NCBI GenBank assembly: GCA_019694795.1
Contig: JAIBBF010000001.1
Coordinates: forward strand, 2,370 to 66,369
Direction: 5' to 3'
DNA: 64,000 nt
Origin: Flavobacteriales bacterium
GTDB lineage: Bacteria > Bacteroidota > Bacteroidia > Flavobacteriales_D > UBA2798
Shown: one piece after another, positions 1 to 13,600 of the stretch
Layout of the letters: every line of letters begins with the position of its first letter
How positions within the stretch are numbered: position 1 is the first letter of the stretch
Made by a program: the position numbers and the translations under genes
The notes under the pieces: model-generated
What the model was told of the DNA's origin: nothing
Databases searched by the model: none
What the model saw: the letters and a program-made list of their open reading frames with translations, nothing else

Positions 1-785
1 GAACCCGACAAACTATATGTGCTATTGGCAGGATTACATGCCGATGGTGTAGCCGTTACTGAGGTAATGGAACAAGGTAAACATGCAGCAGGAGCAGTGT
101 AATTGGATGTTGCTGTACATGATGTATTAGCAGAGAACGTGGCAGTAACAGTACATGCTGCACCATTTGAAGTAAGACCTGTTAAATTATAATTCAACGG
201 AGAAGTGAATGGTGCGTTAAATGTTTGCGATCCGCCACAGGAACTTGTCACCGTTAAGGTGCCTGTAGTGGGTGGTGAAGAAAATGTAATTTGACCAGCA
301 ACTGAATATTGATTATTTGCAGGATTACAAGCTGAAGGTGTTGAAGTAAGATTTGAAATAACACAACAACTGTTGTTAAGCGAGATTTCTACTGTATAGG
401 AATTAATCCCTGCAATTGGACAAGCATTATCTTCTGCCTGAATAGTTACTGTTTGAAAGGCAGGCGCACCGGTTGGCGGAGTCCAGCAAACTGTTGCTGT
501 GGCAGGATTTGTTCCCGTAAAATTTACGGTTGCACCCGGTAATGCTGTAGTAATATTTGAAGTTAGTGTAATAATATTTCCTGCATTGTTATCACTGAAA
601 ACAACACTAAAACAACCATTGTTTCCATAACACATGGAAACAGCATTGGAACCCGTTTGATTGATGGTGCCCGATAATCCGGATACACCACCTGCAGGAG
701 GTTGCGGAGCCTGATTTGTACAGTTGATTACTTCAACCTGGAATTGCTGCACAACAGTACCAACGACTTGTCCGGATGTATTTGT
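1..785 (-). pseudogene. Stop-free continuation of the adhesin-like ORF 786..1565. It is in the same frame, spans 261 codons and runs off the left window edge.
   Basis: Base-by-base translation of the minus strand after the TAA at 786..788 gives TNTSGQVVGTVVQQFQVEVINCTNQAPQPP...SACNPANNQYSVAGQITF...SACNPANSTYSLSGS. There is no stop down to position 1, no plausible internal start and no signal peptide. Confidence 0.6.
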
Positions 786-1565
786 TTAAGTAATTAAAAC
801 AGCTACAACAAAGTTTCCAATTGTATTTGGAGTGAAGGTTAACACCCCTGCATTATTGTCAATTACAATTCCATTTATTGGTGTTCCACCGGTAAAGCCA
901 GCATTATAGGTAACAGGCGTACCCGCTGCAGATAATGCTGATACCAATTGATATGTTAAAGTGTTTCCATTGGGATCTGATCCTCCCAAAGAATAACTCA
1001 CCGGTTGATTTACGCAAACATATGGAATAGGTGGTGCTGTAATATCTGCTGATGAATTACATGGAGATGTAGCACTGTTTAGTGTTGTAGGAAAATAATA
1101 TCCAGGCTGACCGGATAAATTATTTGTCGTGTTAACGCAACAACTTGAATAGGATAATGTCCATGTATTACATGGTCCGGGCAGTGTAATTGTAGCCTGC
1201 CATTGATGCATCCAGATACCGGGAAGTGTACCTCCAAAACATTCACTTTGATTTACCTGTGAAGGACATAATTGAGAAACGTCCTGCTGGAAAATAGTAT
1301 TGGTCATTGTAAAATTGAGATCAATACCGCCATTTAATCCACAGGTATTCGATGCTACCAATGTCATGGGATCGGTAGCACTCGTAAATGCTGTACCACA
1401 ATCTTCGTACAAGGTTAAGGTTACCAGATATTGATTAGGTCCTACACAATCGTAGGTAATGTTACCACCCGGATTGTGAGAAGCAAAAGCACCGGATGTG
1501 AAAAGAAAAATTGAAACAAATAAAAAACTCAATTTTCCAATTAGAAAATTTCGCATGGCAAGCAA
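786..1565 (-). CDS. Secreted adhesin-like protein, N-terminal portion (signal peptide plus Cys-rich domain), ending at an in-frame TAA.
   Basis: ORF track. The start is TTG at 1565 or, more likely, ATG at 1556 (MRNFLIGKLSFLFVSIFLFTSGAFA signal peptide). The SHNPGGNITYDC motif resembles N-termini of Bacteroidota type-B T9SS cargo. The frame stays open past the stop. Confidence 0.6.
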   Translation of the reverse strand: MLAMRNFLIGKLSFLFVSIFLFTSGAFASHNPGGNITYDCVGPNQYLVTLTLYEDCGTAFTSATDPMTLVASNTCGLNGGIDLNFTMTNTIFQQDVSQLCPSQVNQSECFGGTLPGIWMHQWQATITLPGPCNTWTLSYSSCCVNTTNNLSGQPGYYFPTTLNSATSPCNSSADITAPPIPYVCVNQPVSYSLGGSDPNGNTLTYQLVSALSAAGTPVTYNAGFTGGTPINGIVIDNNAGVLTFTPNTIGNFVVAVLIT

Positions 1566-1614
1566 GTATTATATTATGTATTCTAAAATTTAACGCATCA
1601 ACTATTAAATATGT

Positions 1615-1648
1615 AATCCCGGTTTAAACTTCCATCTAAACCGGGATT
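1615..1648 (-). terminator. Perfect 12-bp stem-loop 7 nt downstream of the giant adhesin stop; possible terminator or attenuator.
   Basis: aatcccggttta (1615..1626) pairs with taaaccgggatt (1637..1648) around a 10-nt loop. The U-run is weak in the minus-strand orientation (acatattt); the T-run is stronger on the plus strand. Confidence 0.45.
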
Positions 1649-1655
1649 GTGTTTT

Positions 1656-4600
1656 TTATCTCAATAAAGTGATATGTCCAATGTAATCATGTTGCACTCC
1701 ACGATGATCGAAGGCTTTCACTTTCCACACATACACATCTTGTTTTGCAGGTTCTCCTTTGTGGGTACCATCCCAACCTGTATTCGGATTATGGGTTTCG
1801 AAAATTAATTCGCCCCAACGGTTAAATACAAGCATTTCATATTCATCCATACTGATTCCAATTCCAACCGGAATAAACACATCGTTTTTACCATCACCAT
1901 TCGGTGTAAATGTATTTGGTGTAAAGAGGATATAATCTCCTTCAACCGTTACCTGATAAGTAATAACATCTGTACATCCATATTGGTTGGTGATAAACAA
2001 TGTAACATCAAATGTTCCTGTATCAGCATAAGTGTGAATCGGATCATCAAATGTGCCGATGGTTAAACCATTGTGTGTATTTGCAGGAACATTTACTCCG
2101 GGAGCACCTGTTAGGGTAAATCCATCTCCAAAATCCCATTGGTAAGTAACAGGTGTTCCTGTAGAAAGATCACCAAAGGTGATGGTAGGACTAAGGATTG
2201 TTGTTGTACCTGGAGTTGTAGAGAAATCAGCAACAGGTACTGGATATACATCCACCATTTCTGTTTGAGAAACTGTAGTAACACAACCCAAAGCAGAAGT
2301 TACTGTAACACATACATCGTAAGTACCCGGATTAGGATAAGTAAATGTTGTATTTGGAGAAGTACCTGAGTAATCCACTACTCCATCGCATTGGAAATCG
2401 TAATCGAAATTGACACCGATATCCGTATTCAGAATAAACTGTGCCGTAAATGGAGCACATCCTGCACTATCCACTACATTAAAGAATACAATCGGTAGAT
2501 CATTTATAGTAACCTGAACTGAATCGAGTGCTACAATTGAACAACCATCATCAACTTTAACCGTGTACCATGTATCCACAGAAGGATTCACAGTAACTGT
2601 AGATTGATTTCCTGATTCAATATCATTTAATGTTGCTCCGTTTTGATCGTACCATGTAAAAGTATATGGTCCGCCATTTCCACCTGAAGCAGATGCTGCT
2701 AATGTGGTAGAATCATTTAAGCAGATGGCAATCGTTGGACTAACATCAACATCTAATGGAGGATTAACCGTAATGGTAATACAATCTTGCGGCGACAAAC
2801 ATCCGTTTGCATCTGTAATATCGAAGCAATAGGTTGTTGTGGTAAGCGGATTAACCATAATTGGTCCAGGCCCACTTAATCCAGGCGTTTGCCAGTTTAC
2901 AGTGTATGGTGTTGTACCGCCGGTTCCACTTGCCCAAAGTTGAGTTGAGTCACCATAACAAATAGTAACATCTAAATCTCCAACAGCGCCAAGTGGATTT
3001 GGTTCAGTAACATCAACACAGTTGGTGGCATTACAGTTATTGTTATCGCTAACAACAACGCAATATAAACCGGTTACCAGATTGGTTGCAGTTTGAGTTG
3101 TTTGTACAGCAGGATCATCCCAAGCATAAGTTAATGGAGCAGTTCCGCCTGTTGTATTAACTGTAGCCGTTCCGTTGCTCTGACCATAACATAATGGCTC
3201 TGTAAATGTAAGTCCGGTAATTACTGGTCCTGCCTGATCGATAATAGTTGCATTGCTTGTTATTACGCATCCATGTGCATCGGTAACTGTAATATCGGTT
3301 ACACCTGCACAAAGTCCTGTGTTGTTTGCAGCATTCATCGCAGCACCGGAAGTCCATGAGTACGCATAAGGCGTTGTACCTCCGGTTACCAATGCAGAAG
3401 ATGCTCCATTACATTGCGAACAAGTAGCATCTGTTACCGAAACTGTAATTGCTAATGCAGCTGGCTCTGTAATGGTATTGCTAACAGTTACCAAACATCC
3501 ATGATTATCCGTTACATCTGTAATGTAATTTCCTGCACAGAGGTTTGTAGCAGTTGAACCTACACTTACGTTATTGGTCCAGGAATAGAAATATGGAGCA
3601 GTGGCACCACTCACTCCCAGGTTTACAATTCCATCACAAACTGCATTACACGAAACGTTTTGCAGACTAGTTGTGTTTACCACTAATTGGGTTGGTTGCG
3701 TAATGGTAGTGTTGGCGGTAAACTGACATCCATTTGCATCCGTTATTACTGCGCTATAATTTCCAGCGCATAATCCTGTATTATTTGCAGATGTTGTGTT
3801 TGCACCACCCGACCATGCAATGGTGTATGGTGTTGTACCACCACTCATGGAAACTGTCGCAGCACCATCACATCCTCCAAAACACAGTGGTGATGTTGTT
3901 GACGTAACCGCCGCATTTAATCCTGTTGGTTCAAAAATAAATTGTGAAGTTGCAACAACACAGTTTGCAGAATCGGTTACCACAATACCATAGGTATCTC
4001 CCGGTAAAGTGGAAACAGTGGTTTGTCCGGTATAAGCAGGAATTACATTGTTGGCGCCATCTAACCATTCAATCACAAGCGGATTTGTTCCTCCTGTTGC
4101 GCTGATTACAATTTCTCCATCTGAAGCACCAAAACATGTTACATCAGAATGTGACGTAACAGCAAGTGTTGGTCCCGGAATATCGCTGATACAAATCAGA
4201 CTATCTTTTACACATCCATTTCCATCTGTAACAGTAAGCGTATAACATCCGGAGAAAAGGTTAAATGCACAAGGAGTGATTTGGCCGGCAGGATCATCAT
4301 ACTGGAAAGTATATGGAGCAACACCACCAATAACACTTGCGCAAATCTGCCCGTTATTCTGTCCGCAGAATGCATTTTCTACAGTAGAAATTGCAAAGCT
4401 CAGAATACTTGGTTGATTCAATGTTACCGTATTTGAAACTGAACATCCGTTGGCATCAGTTACAATTACATCATATGTACCGGCGCATACATTCGAAACA
4501 TTCGCTGTTGTGGCAAAGGATGGATCAAACCATTGAATTGAATATGGTGTTGTACCTCCGGAAACAGCTGCAGCCATTGTACCATCGCAGGCATTGAAGC

Positions 4601-7600
4601 AGGAAATATCTGTTCCGCTCACTGACACTGCAAGAGAACTTGGCTCAATGATATTAACTGTAGCTGTTGCTGTACAACCATTAGCATCGGTAACAGTGAA
4701 GGTATAGGTACCAACGCATAATCCATTATTCATTTGTGTATTTACTCCATTGCTCCATGAATAGGTATAAGGAGCAGTTCCGCCTGATGCAACTCCATTT
4801 GCAAATCCGTCGCAGACTCCTGCACATGATACATTACCACTTAAATCAATCGTGGCAGTTAACAAGGTAGGCTCAGTGATGGAAACATTGTATGAATTGA
4901 AGCAGCCATCCGCATCTGTAAGTGTAACGGAATAATTTCCTGCACAAAGTGATGATGCAGTAGATGTAGTTTGTGCGGCTGGATCATTCCATGAAAAACT
5001 AAATGGCGCTACACCAGAGTTGGCAACCAAAGTAGCTGTTCCATCGCATGACTGAAAGCAGAGATTATTTGTTCCTGAAATCGATCCTGTTACTGCAACA
5101 GGTTCGGTTAATTGATATGGAATAATATTCGTACAACCGTTTGCATCACTTAATATGAGTGTATAATTTCCATCACACAATCCATTAACTGATGATGTTG
5201 TACCAATAGATGCATTAGCGTTATCTCTCCAATCAAAGTTATACGGTGTAACACCACCAGTTACGGCGATAGAAATTACACCATCACAATAGGTGAAACA
5301 AGTAGGATCAATGGCTGTAGGAATATAAACGACTAATGGTGGCTCGGTGATGGTGACATTTGTAGAAGCAGCACAACCGGCAGCATCAGTAACCGTTACA
5401 GAATAAGTTCCGGCTGGTAAATTGCTAGCTGTAGGAGTGGTCTGACTGAATGCAGCTGCATCCCATTGAACAGTAAAGATTCCTGTTCCACCGATCATAT
5501 CAACAGTTGCAGAACCATCATCTAATCCATTACAACTTACATTGGTTTGAGCAATGATCGCTGCAGAAGGACCTGCGATGTCGTTAATTTGAATTACCGC
5601 TGTATCTAAACATTGATTAGCATCTGTAATTTGAACCAAATAGGTTCCGGAGAACAAATTGCTTTCACAGTTATTGGTGCTAGCAACAGATAACCATTGT
5701 AAAGTGTAAGGTGTAATTCCTCCACTTGGCGTTACACAACCTGAACCATCGTTTTGCTGACAGTGTGCATCAACAGCAGTAATTGTATTGGTAAGTTCTG
5801 CAGGTTCTGAAATGGTAGCTGAAGCACTTAATGTACATCCATGGTCATCAGTAACTGTTACTGTATAATTTCCGGGACATAAGAAGAACGCTCCTGATGT
5901 TGTTTGATTCAATGGATCATTCCATGCATAGGTGTAAGGTGTTGTTCCACCAGTTACAGTAGCCGAAGCATTTCCATTACATGCACCAAAACATTTCACA
6001 TCCAAACTCGATAATGAAAGTGAATATGCAGGTGGTTCATTCACAACCACACTGGCAGTAGAGTTACAGCCATTATCATCATTAACAGATACTGTATAAG
6101 TTCCGGCTATTAAACCAGATTGATTGGGCGTGGTTCCTATAACTGTACCGCCGCTATTGGTCCATGTTAAATTATAAGCAGGACTTCCACCGGTAGCAGA
6201 CACAGATACTGAACCGTCACTTCCACCGAAACAGTTTACATCAACTGCGGATGGAGTGGCGACTAATAAAGTTGGTTCTGTTATTGTTACTGAACCTGTA
6301 ATGATACACGAATTGGCATCAGTAACAGATAATGTCCAAACACCAGGTGCAAGGTTAGTGGCGGTTGAAGTTGTTTGCACTGGTGAAGTATTCCAGCTAT
6401 ATGTAAATGGTGCAGCGCCTCCGGTCATAACACCTGATGCAGAACCATCATTCGCTCCAAAACAAAGTACATTGTTCACAACGGACATCGTTAATGTTCC
6501 AGCAGGATTATTACCTACTGTGGCAGCTACTGTAACAGTACAGCCATTTGCATCCGTTACTGTGACATTATACGTGTTGGCTGCTAAGTTATTTTCAGTA
6601 GTTGCTACACCTCCGGAAGACCAGCTATAAGAATATGGTGCAGTTCCACCTGCAGCAGTTACGGTAGCAGATCCATCCGAATTCCCGCAGTTTGCATTTA
6701 CAACTGTTGTACTTGCCGTTAATACGGCAGGTTCAGTTACAACAGCAGTTGACGTTTCTGTACAACCATTTACATCGGCAACAACAAGGCTATACGTTCC
6801 AGCACATAAACCGGATTGAGAAGCTCCGGTCAAGCCACCAGTCCAGGTATATGTTAGAGCTCCTGTACCTCCTGCAGCAGTTGCATTTACTGTTCCATTA
6901 CAAGCTCCATTACACAATGCAGGAGTTGCAGTGGTATTTGAAATAACGATATCTGTAGGTTGCGTTACTGCAACACTTGCTGTAGCCGTATTTCCATTTG
7001 CATCAGTTACCGTAACGGTATAGGTATTTGCACAAACATTGATAATGTTTACTGTGCTGGCACCATTGGACCATGAATAGGTATAAGGAGCAACACCACC
7101 TGCTGCCAATGAATTTACTTGTCCGGTGCAGATATTAAAGCAAGTTAAATTTGTCGGACTTAAAGTTACAGTTAGTGGTGCTGGTTCGGTAATGGTAACA
7201 CATGCTGTAGTTACACAACCGGCAGCATCAGTAATGGTTGCGCAATTATTTCCAGCGCATAAATCATTAGCTGTTGCATTGGTATTCGAATTATCCCAAA
7301 GGATTGTATAAGGAGATGTTCCTCCACTTGGTGTTACTGTTGCAGAACCATTGCATAATCCGGCACCCGTTACGTTACTATTTACCACTGCGGTGGCAGA
7401 AGGTCCTGCAATGGTTCCTACTGTTGCGCTGATGGTGGAAACACATCCGTTTGCATCCGTAGCTGTTACTGTATAGTTACCCGCAGGAATTGCTGTTGCG
7501 CTTGCTGTTGTTTGCACAGGTGATGTATTCCACGAATAAGTAATCGGATTTGTTCCTCCGGTAGCAGTAACTGTTGCAGAACCGTCAGCTTGTCCACAAT

Positions 7601-10600
7601 GCGCATCAACAACTGTTGTAGAAAGTGCTAATGCAGCTGGCTCAGTAATGGTTGCAGTAGCTGTTTGCGTGCAGCCATTAGCATCCGTTACAGTTATGGT
7701 GTAAGTACCAGCATTCATTGAACTGGCATTAGTGGTGTTTTGACCTGCACCAGGTGCTGGACTCCAAGTTTGTGTATATGGTGAAACTCCACCACCAATA
7801 GTTGCTGTTGCTGTTCCATTTGAACCACCATTACAACTTACTGGAGTAACAATTGTACTTACGGTAAGTAAAGTTGGTTCAGTAATGGTAACTGTAGCTG
7901 TTTGCGTACATGCATTTGCATCTGTAATCGTAACTGAATAGGATCCTGCAAGCAAACCAGTTGCAGCAGCTGTTCCTTGTCCTCCACCAGGAACAGGTGA
8001 CCAAGCATAACTATAAGGTGAAACACCTCCTGTGATACTTACACTTGCACTTCCATTATTTCCTCCATTACAACTCACCATTGTTGGCGTACCCATACTT
8101 GCAACTAATGCAGCAGGTTCTGTTATTGTAATATTCGTAGTTGCAGAACAACCATTAGCGTCCGTTACAGTCACAGTATATGACCCTGCAGTTAATCCAC
8201 TTGCATTTGCAGATGATCCTCCAGATGGTGACCATGAAATAGATAATGGATTTGTTCCACCTGCTACCGTTACTGCAGCAACACCATTATTTCCTCCATT
8301 ACATGATACATCAACATGTGAAATCATGTTTTCTACGATGGTTGGAGCAGCATCATTGATAACATTTGCAGTTTGTGAAAATGTACATCCGTTTGCATCG
8401 GTTACTGAAACTGTATATGATCCCGCAGGCAATCCAGTAGCAGTAGAACTAGTTTGAACAGGACTTGTATTCCAACTTATATTATATGGGGTTACACCTC
8501 CGGAAATAGCTGCAGTGGCAGTTCCATTACTTGCACCACAAGTTGCATTCGTTGTAGAAGTGCTTATTGCTAATTGAACCGGTTCTGTTATAGTAACTGT
8601 AGCTGTACTGGTACAGTTGTTTGCATCCGTTACAGTAACAGTATATGAACCTGCAGTCATTGATCCAGCACTTGAAGTTCCTTGTCCACTTCCTGGGGCA
8701 GGACTCCAACTGTATGCATATGGAGTTGTACCTCCTGCTGCTGTAACATTCACACTTCCATTATTTCCTCCATTACAACTCACCATGGTTGGTGTGCCCA
8801 TGGTTGATGTTAAAACTGTAGGTTGTGTAATTGTAACACTTGATGTACTTGTACAACCATTCGCATCTGTGATGGTCACAGTGTATGTACCCGCAGTCAT
8901 TGATCCTGCATTCGCAGTTCCTTGTCCACTACCAGGTGCAGGACTCCAGTTATACGAATAAGCTGTAGTTCCTCCTGCTGCTGTTACACTAACGCTTCCG
9001 TTATTTCCTCCATTACAACTCACCATAGTTGGTGTGCCCATGGCTGAAGTTAAAACTGTAGGTTGTGTAATTGTAACACTTGAGGTACTTGTACATCCAT
9101 TCGCATCTGTGATGGTTACAGTGTATGTACCCGCAGTCAATGATCCTGCATTCGCAGTTCCTTGTCCACTACCAGGTGCAGGACTCCAGTTATATGTATA
9201 TGGTGTTGTTCCACCTGCTACGGTTACACTCACGCTTCCATTATTTCCTCCGTTACAACTCACCATGGTTGGTGTGCCCATGGTTGAAGTTAAAACTGTA
9301 GGTTGTGTAATTGTAACGCTTGATGTACTTGTACAACCATTTGCATCAGTGATGGTAACCGTATAAGCACCTGCTGTCATTGATCCAGCATTTGCAGTTC
9401 CTTGTCCGCTTCCAGGTGCAGGACTCCAGTTATACGTATAAGGTGCAGTTCCACCAGTTGCAGTCACGCTTACACTTCCGTTGTTTCCGCCATTACAACT
9501 TACCATTGTTGGTGTGCCCATAGCAGAAGTAAGGGCAGTTGGTTGTGTAATTGTTGTACTTGCAGTTATTGTGCAAGAGTTAGCATCAGTTACAGTTACG
9601 GTGTATGTACCTGCTGTAAGACCTGAAGCTGTAGATGCAGTTCCTCCTGATGGGGACCACGAATAAGTTAAAGCACCTGTTCCGCCTGCTGCACTTACGC
9701 TCACTGCTCCATTATTTCCTCCATTACATAATACTTGTTGTGTAGTGCTGGCAGTTGCTGTTAATACAGGAGGTTGAGTAATAATAATATTTACAGATGC
9801 CGCACAAAGGTTAGCATCTGTTACTGTTACTGTATAGATACCTGCTGTTAATCCACTTGCAGTTGCAGATGTTCCGCCAGATGGAGACCATGAAATCGAC
9901 AATGGTGCTGTTCCGCCTGATACTGTTACTGCGGCTGCTCCATTATTTCCACCATTACATAATACATCTATATGTGAAGCGATGTTTTCTGTAATTGTAG
10001 GCGCAGCATTGTTATTTACAGAAACCGTTGCAGTAGCCGTACAACCATTTAAATCTGTAACGGTAACTGTATATGTTCCCGCTAATAAATTAGATGCTGT
10101 GGCTGTGGATTGCACAGGAGTAGTGTTCCAACTATAAGTATAAGATCCTGCTCCACCTGTTGCAGTTACAGTTGTTGTTCCAGTTGACGCTCCACAGTTT
10201 GTCGGTGTTGATGCAGTGGTTAAACTAATTGCTGTTGGTTGTGTAATGGCTACAGAAGATGTTGCACTACAACCATTATTATCAGTTATAGTTACTGTAT
10301 AAGAACCTGCCGTTAATGAACCTGCATTGGCAGTTCCTTGTCCACTTCCAGGTGCAGGACTCCAGTTATACGTATAAGGTGCAGTTCCGCCCGCTGCTGT
10401 TACACTCACACTTCCATTATTCCCGCCATTACAACTTACCATTGTTGGCGCACCCATTGTCGCTGTTAATACAGCAGGTTGAGTTATTGTTGCACTAGCA
10501 GTAGTTGTACAGCCAGTATTGTCGGTAATGGTGACTGTGTAAGTTCCAGCAGTTAATGAAGATGCTGCTGCTGTTCCCTGACCCGCTCCGGGAGCTGGAC

Positions 10601-13600
10601 TCCAGTTGTAGGTATAAGGTGCTGATCCGCCTGCTGCTGTTACACTCACACTTCCATTATTTCCTCCATTACAACTCACCATTGTTGGTGTACCCATGGT
10701 TGCAGTTAATGCGGTCGGTTGTGTAATCGTAACACTCGCTGTTGCTGTACAGCCTTTGTTGTCAGTAACAGTTACAGTATATGTTCCTGCGGTAAGTGAT
10801 CCGGCATTGGCAGTTCCTTGTCCGCTTCCAGGAGCAGGACTCCAGTTGTACATATAAGGTGCTGTTCCGCCTGCTGCTGTTACACTCACACTTCCATTGT
10901 TACCTCCATTACAACTCACCATTGTTGGTGTGCCCATGGTGGCAGTTAAAACTGTTGGTTGTGTAATCGTAACACTCGCTGTTGCTGTACAGCCTTTGTT
11001 ATCGGTGATGGTTACTGAATAAGTTCCTGCGGTAAGTGATCCTGCATTGGCAGTTCCTTGTCCACTTCCGGGTGCAGGACTCCAGTTGTAGGTATACGGT
11101 GCTGTTCCGCCCGCTGCTGTTACACTCACACTTCCATTGTTTCCTCCATTACAACTCACCATTGTTGGTGTACCCATGGTGGCGGTTAGTACGGCAGGTT
11201 GTGTTATCGTTACACTCGCTGTTGCTGTACAGCCTTTGTTATCGGTTATTGTTACTGTATAGGTTCCGGCAGTTAATGAAGATGCTGCTGCGGTTCCCTG
11301 ACCTGCTCCAGGAGCAGGACTCCAGTTGTAGGTATAAGGTGCTGTTCCGCCAGCTGCTGTTACACTCACACTTCCATTGTTACCTCCATTACAACTCACC
11401 ATTGTTGGTGTACCCATGGTGGCAGTTAATGCGGTAGGTTGTGTAATCGTAACACTCGCTGTTGCTGTACAGCCTTTGTTATCGGTTATGGTTACAGTAT
11501 ACGTTCCTGCAGTAAGTAATCCTGCATTGGCAGTTCCTTGTCCGCTTCCAGGTGCAGGACTCCAGTTATACGTATACGGTGCTGTTCCGCCCGCTGCTGT
11601 TACACTCACACTTCCATTGTTACCTCCATTACAACTCACCATTGTTGGTGTACCCATGGTTGCAGTTAATGCGGTCGGTTGTGTAATCGTAACACTCGCT
11701 GTTGCCGTACAGCCTTTGTTATCGGTGATGGTTACTGAATAAGTTCCTGCGGTAAGTGATCCTGCATTGGCAGTTCCTTGTCCACTTCCAGGTGCAGGAC
11801 TCCAGTTATACGTATAAGGTGCTGTTCCGCCAGCTGCTGTTACACTCACACTTCCATTGTTACCTCCATTACAACTCACCATGGTTGGTGTGCCCATGGT
11901 GGCAGTTAAAACTGTTGGTTGTGTAATCGTAACACTCGCTGTTGCCGTACAGCCTTTGTTATCGGTGATGGTTACTGAATAAGTTCCTGCGGTAAGTGAT
12001 CCTGCATTGGCAGTTCCTTGTCCACTTCCAGGTGCAGGACTCCAGTTATACGTATACGGAGCTGTTCCGCCCGCTGCTGTTACACTCACACTTCCATTGT
12101 TACCACCATTACAACTCACCATGGTTGGTGTACCCATTGTGGCAGTTAAAACTGTTGGTTGGGTAATTGTAACACTGGCTGTTGCAGTACAGCCTTTGTT
12201 ATCGGTGATGGTTACTGTATAAGTTCCTGCGGTAAGTGATCCTGCATTGGCAGTTCCTTGTCCACTTCCGGGTGCAGGACTCCAGTTATACGTATAAGGT
12301 GCTGTTCCACCAGCTGCTGTTACACTCACACTTCCATTGTTACCTGCATTACAACTCACCATTGTCGGTGTACCCATGGTTGCAGTTAATACAGCAGGTT
12401 GTGTTATTGTAACACTTGCTGTTGCTGTACAGCCTTTGTTATCGGTAATGGTTACTGTATACGTTCCTGCAGTCATCCCTGTGATCGAATAGTTGCCTCC
12501 TGATATTGCAATTTCATTCCCTGCTGGATTTCCACTAGTTGGTCCAGTCCAGCTAACATTATAGGCTGCAGTTCCACCAGTTGCTGTTACACTCACACTT
12601 CCATTATTACCGCCATTACAATTCACCATTGTTGGTGTACCCATGGTTGCAGTTAAAACTGTTGGTTGTGTAATTGTAACACTCGCTGTTGCTGTACAGC
12701 CTTTGTTATCTGTAACAGTTACAGTATATGTTCCTGCGGTAAGTGATCCTGCATTGGCAGTTCCTTGTCCGCTTCCGGGTGCAGGACTCCAGTTATACGT
12801 ATAAGGTGCTGTTCCGCCCGCTGCTGTTACACTCACACTTCCATTGTTACCTCCATTACAATTCACCATTGTTGGTGTGCCCATGGTGGCGGTAAGTTGT
12901 GTAGGTTGGGTCATTGAAGCGGAAGCTGTAGCTGTACAACCAAAATTGTTAGTTACAGTTACGGAATAAGGTCCTCCTACAGGAACAGAAACTGTTTGTG
13001 TTGCTTGTCCCGCAGGTGGATTCCATGCATATCCAAATGAAGAACCTCCGGTTGGATTTGCAGTGATGGTTCCATTTTGCCCAAAACAGTTAGGTGGAGT
13101 AACCGTTAAAGTAACTGCCGGATTTGGATTTACTGTGACGCTTAATGTTTCTGTATTTGTACATGTACCATTCGAAACTGTTAATGTCACCGTATAGGTT
13201 CCTGTTGCTCCGTAAGTGTGAGAAACTGTTGAACCTGTTCCAGTGGTTGCATCACCGAAATTCCAGGAATAACTTGTAATTGATCCTGAAGAAATGGTAG
13301 ATGTTGTTCCTGAAAAATTGAACGAGTTTCCAGTTAAACACTGTGCTGCCACCGGTGTGATATTTGCATCTATCGTAACACCTGGGTTAACCGTAGAACT
13401 TGCTGTTCTGGTACAACCATTAGCATCAGTTACAGTTACTGTATACGTACCTGCAACTAATCCGGTAATGGAATAACTACCTCCAGAAGATGCAATCTCT
13501 GTTCCAACAGGTGCACCACTTGATGGACCAATCCAGCTTACATTGTAACCTGCAGTACCTCCAGAAGCCGTAACGGCTATTGATCCATTATTTCCTCCAA

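Noticed and set aside
640-680. An apparent frameshift in the downstream continuation of the interrupted adhesin gene.
   Set aside because: It came from my own mis-transcription of the line at 601..660. Re-reading base by base gives ...SGTINQTGSNAVSMCYGNNGC... in one continuous frame. Only the TAA at 786..788 interrupts the ORF.
8590-12930. Strict 240-bp periodicity that at first glance resembles a repeat-spacer array.
   Set aside because: The units are contiguous with no unique spacers. They lie in one long open reading frame and encode a recognisable protein repeat, so this is not a CRISPR array.
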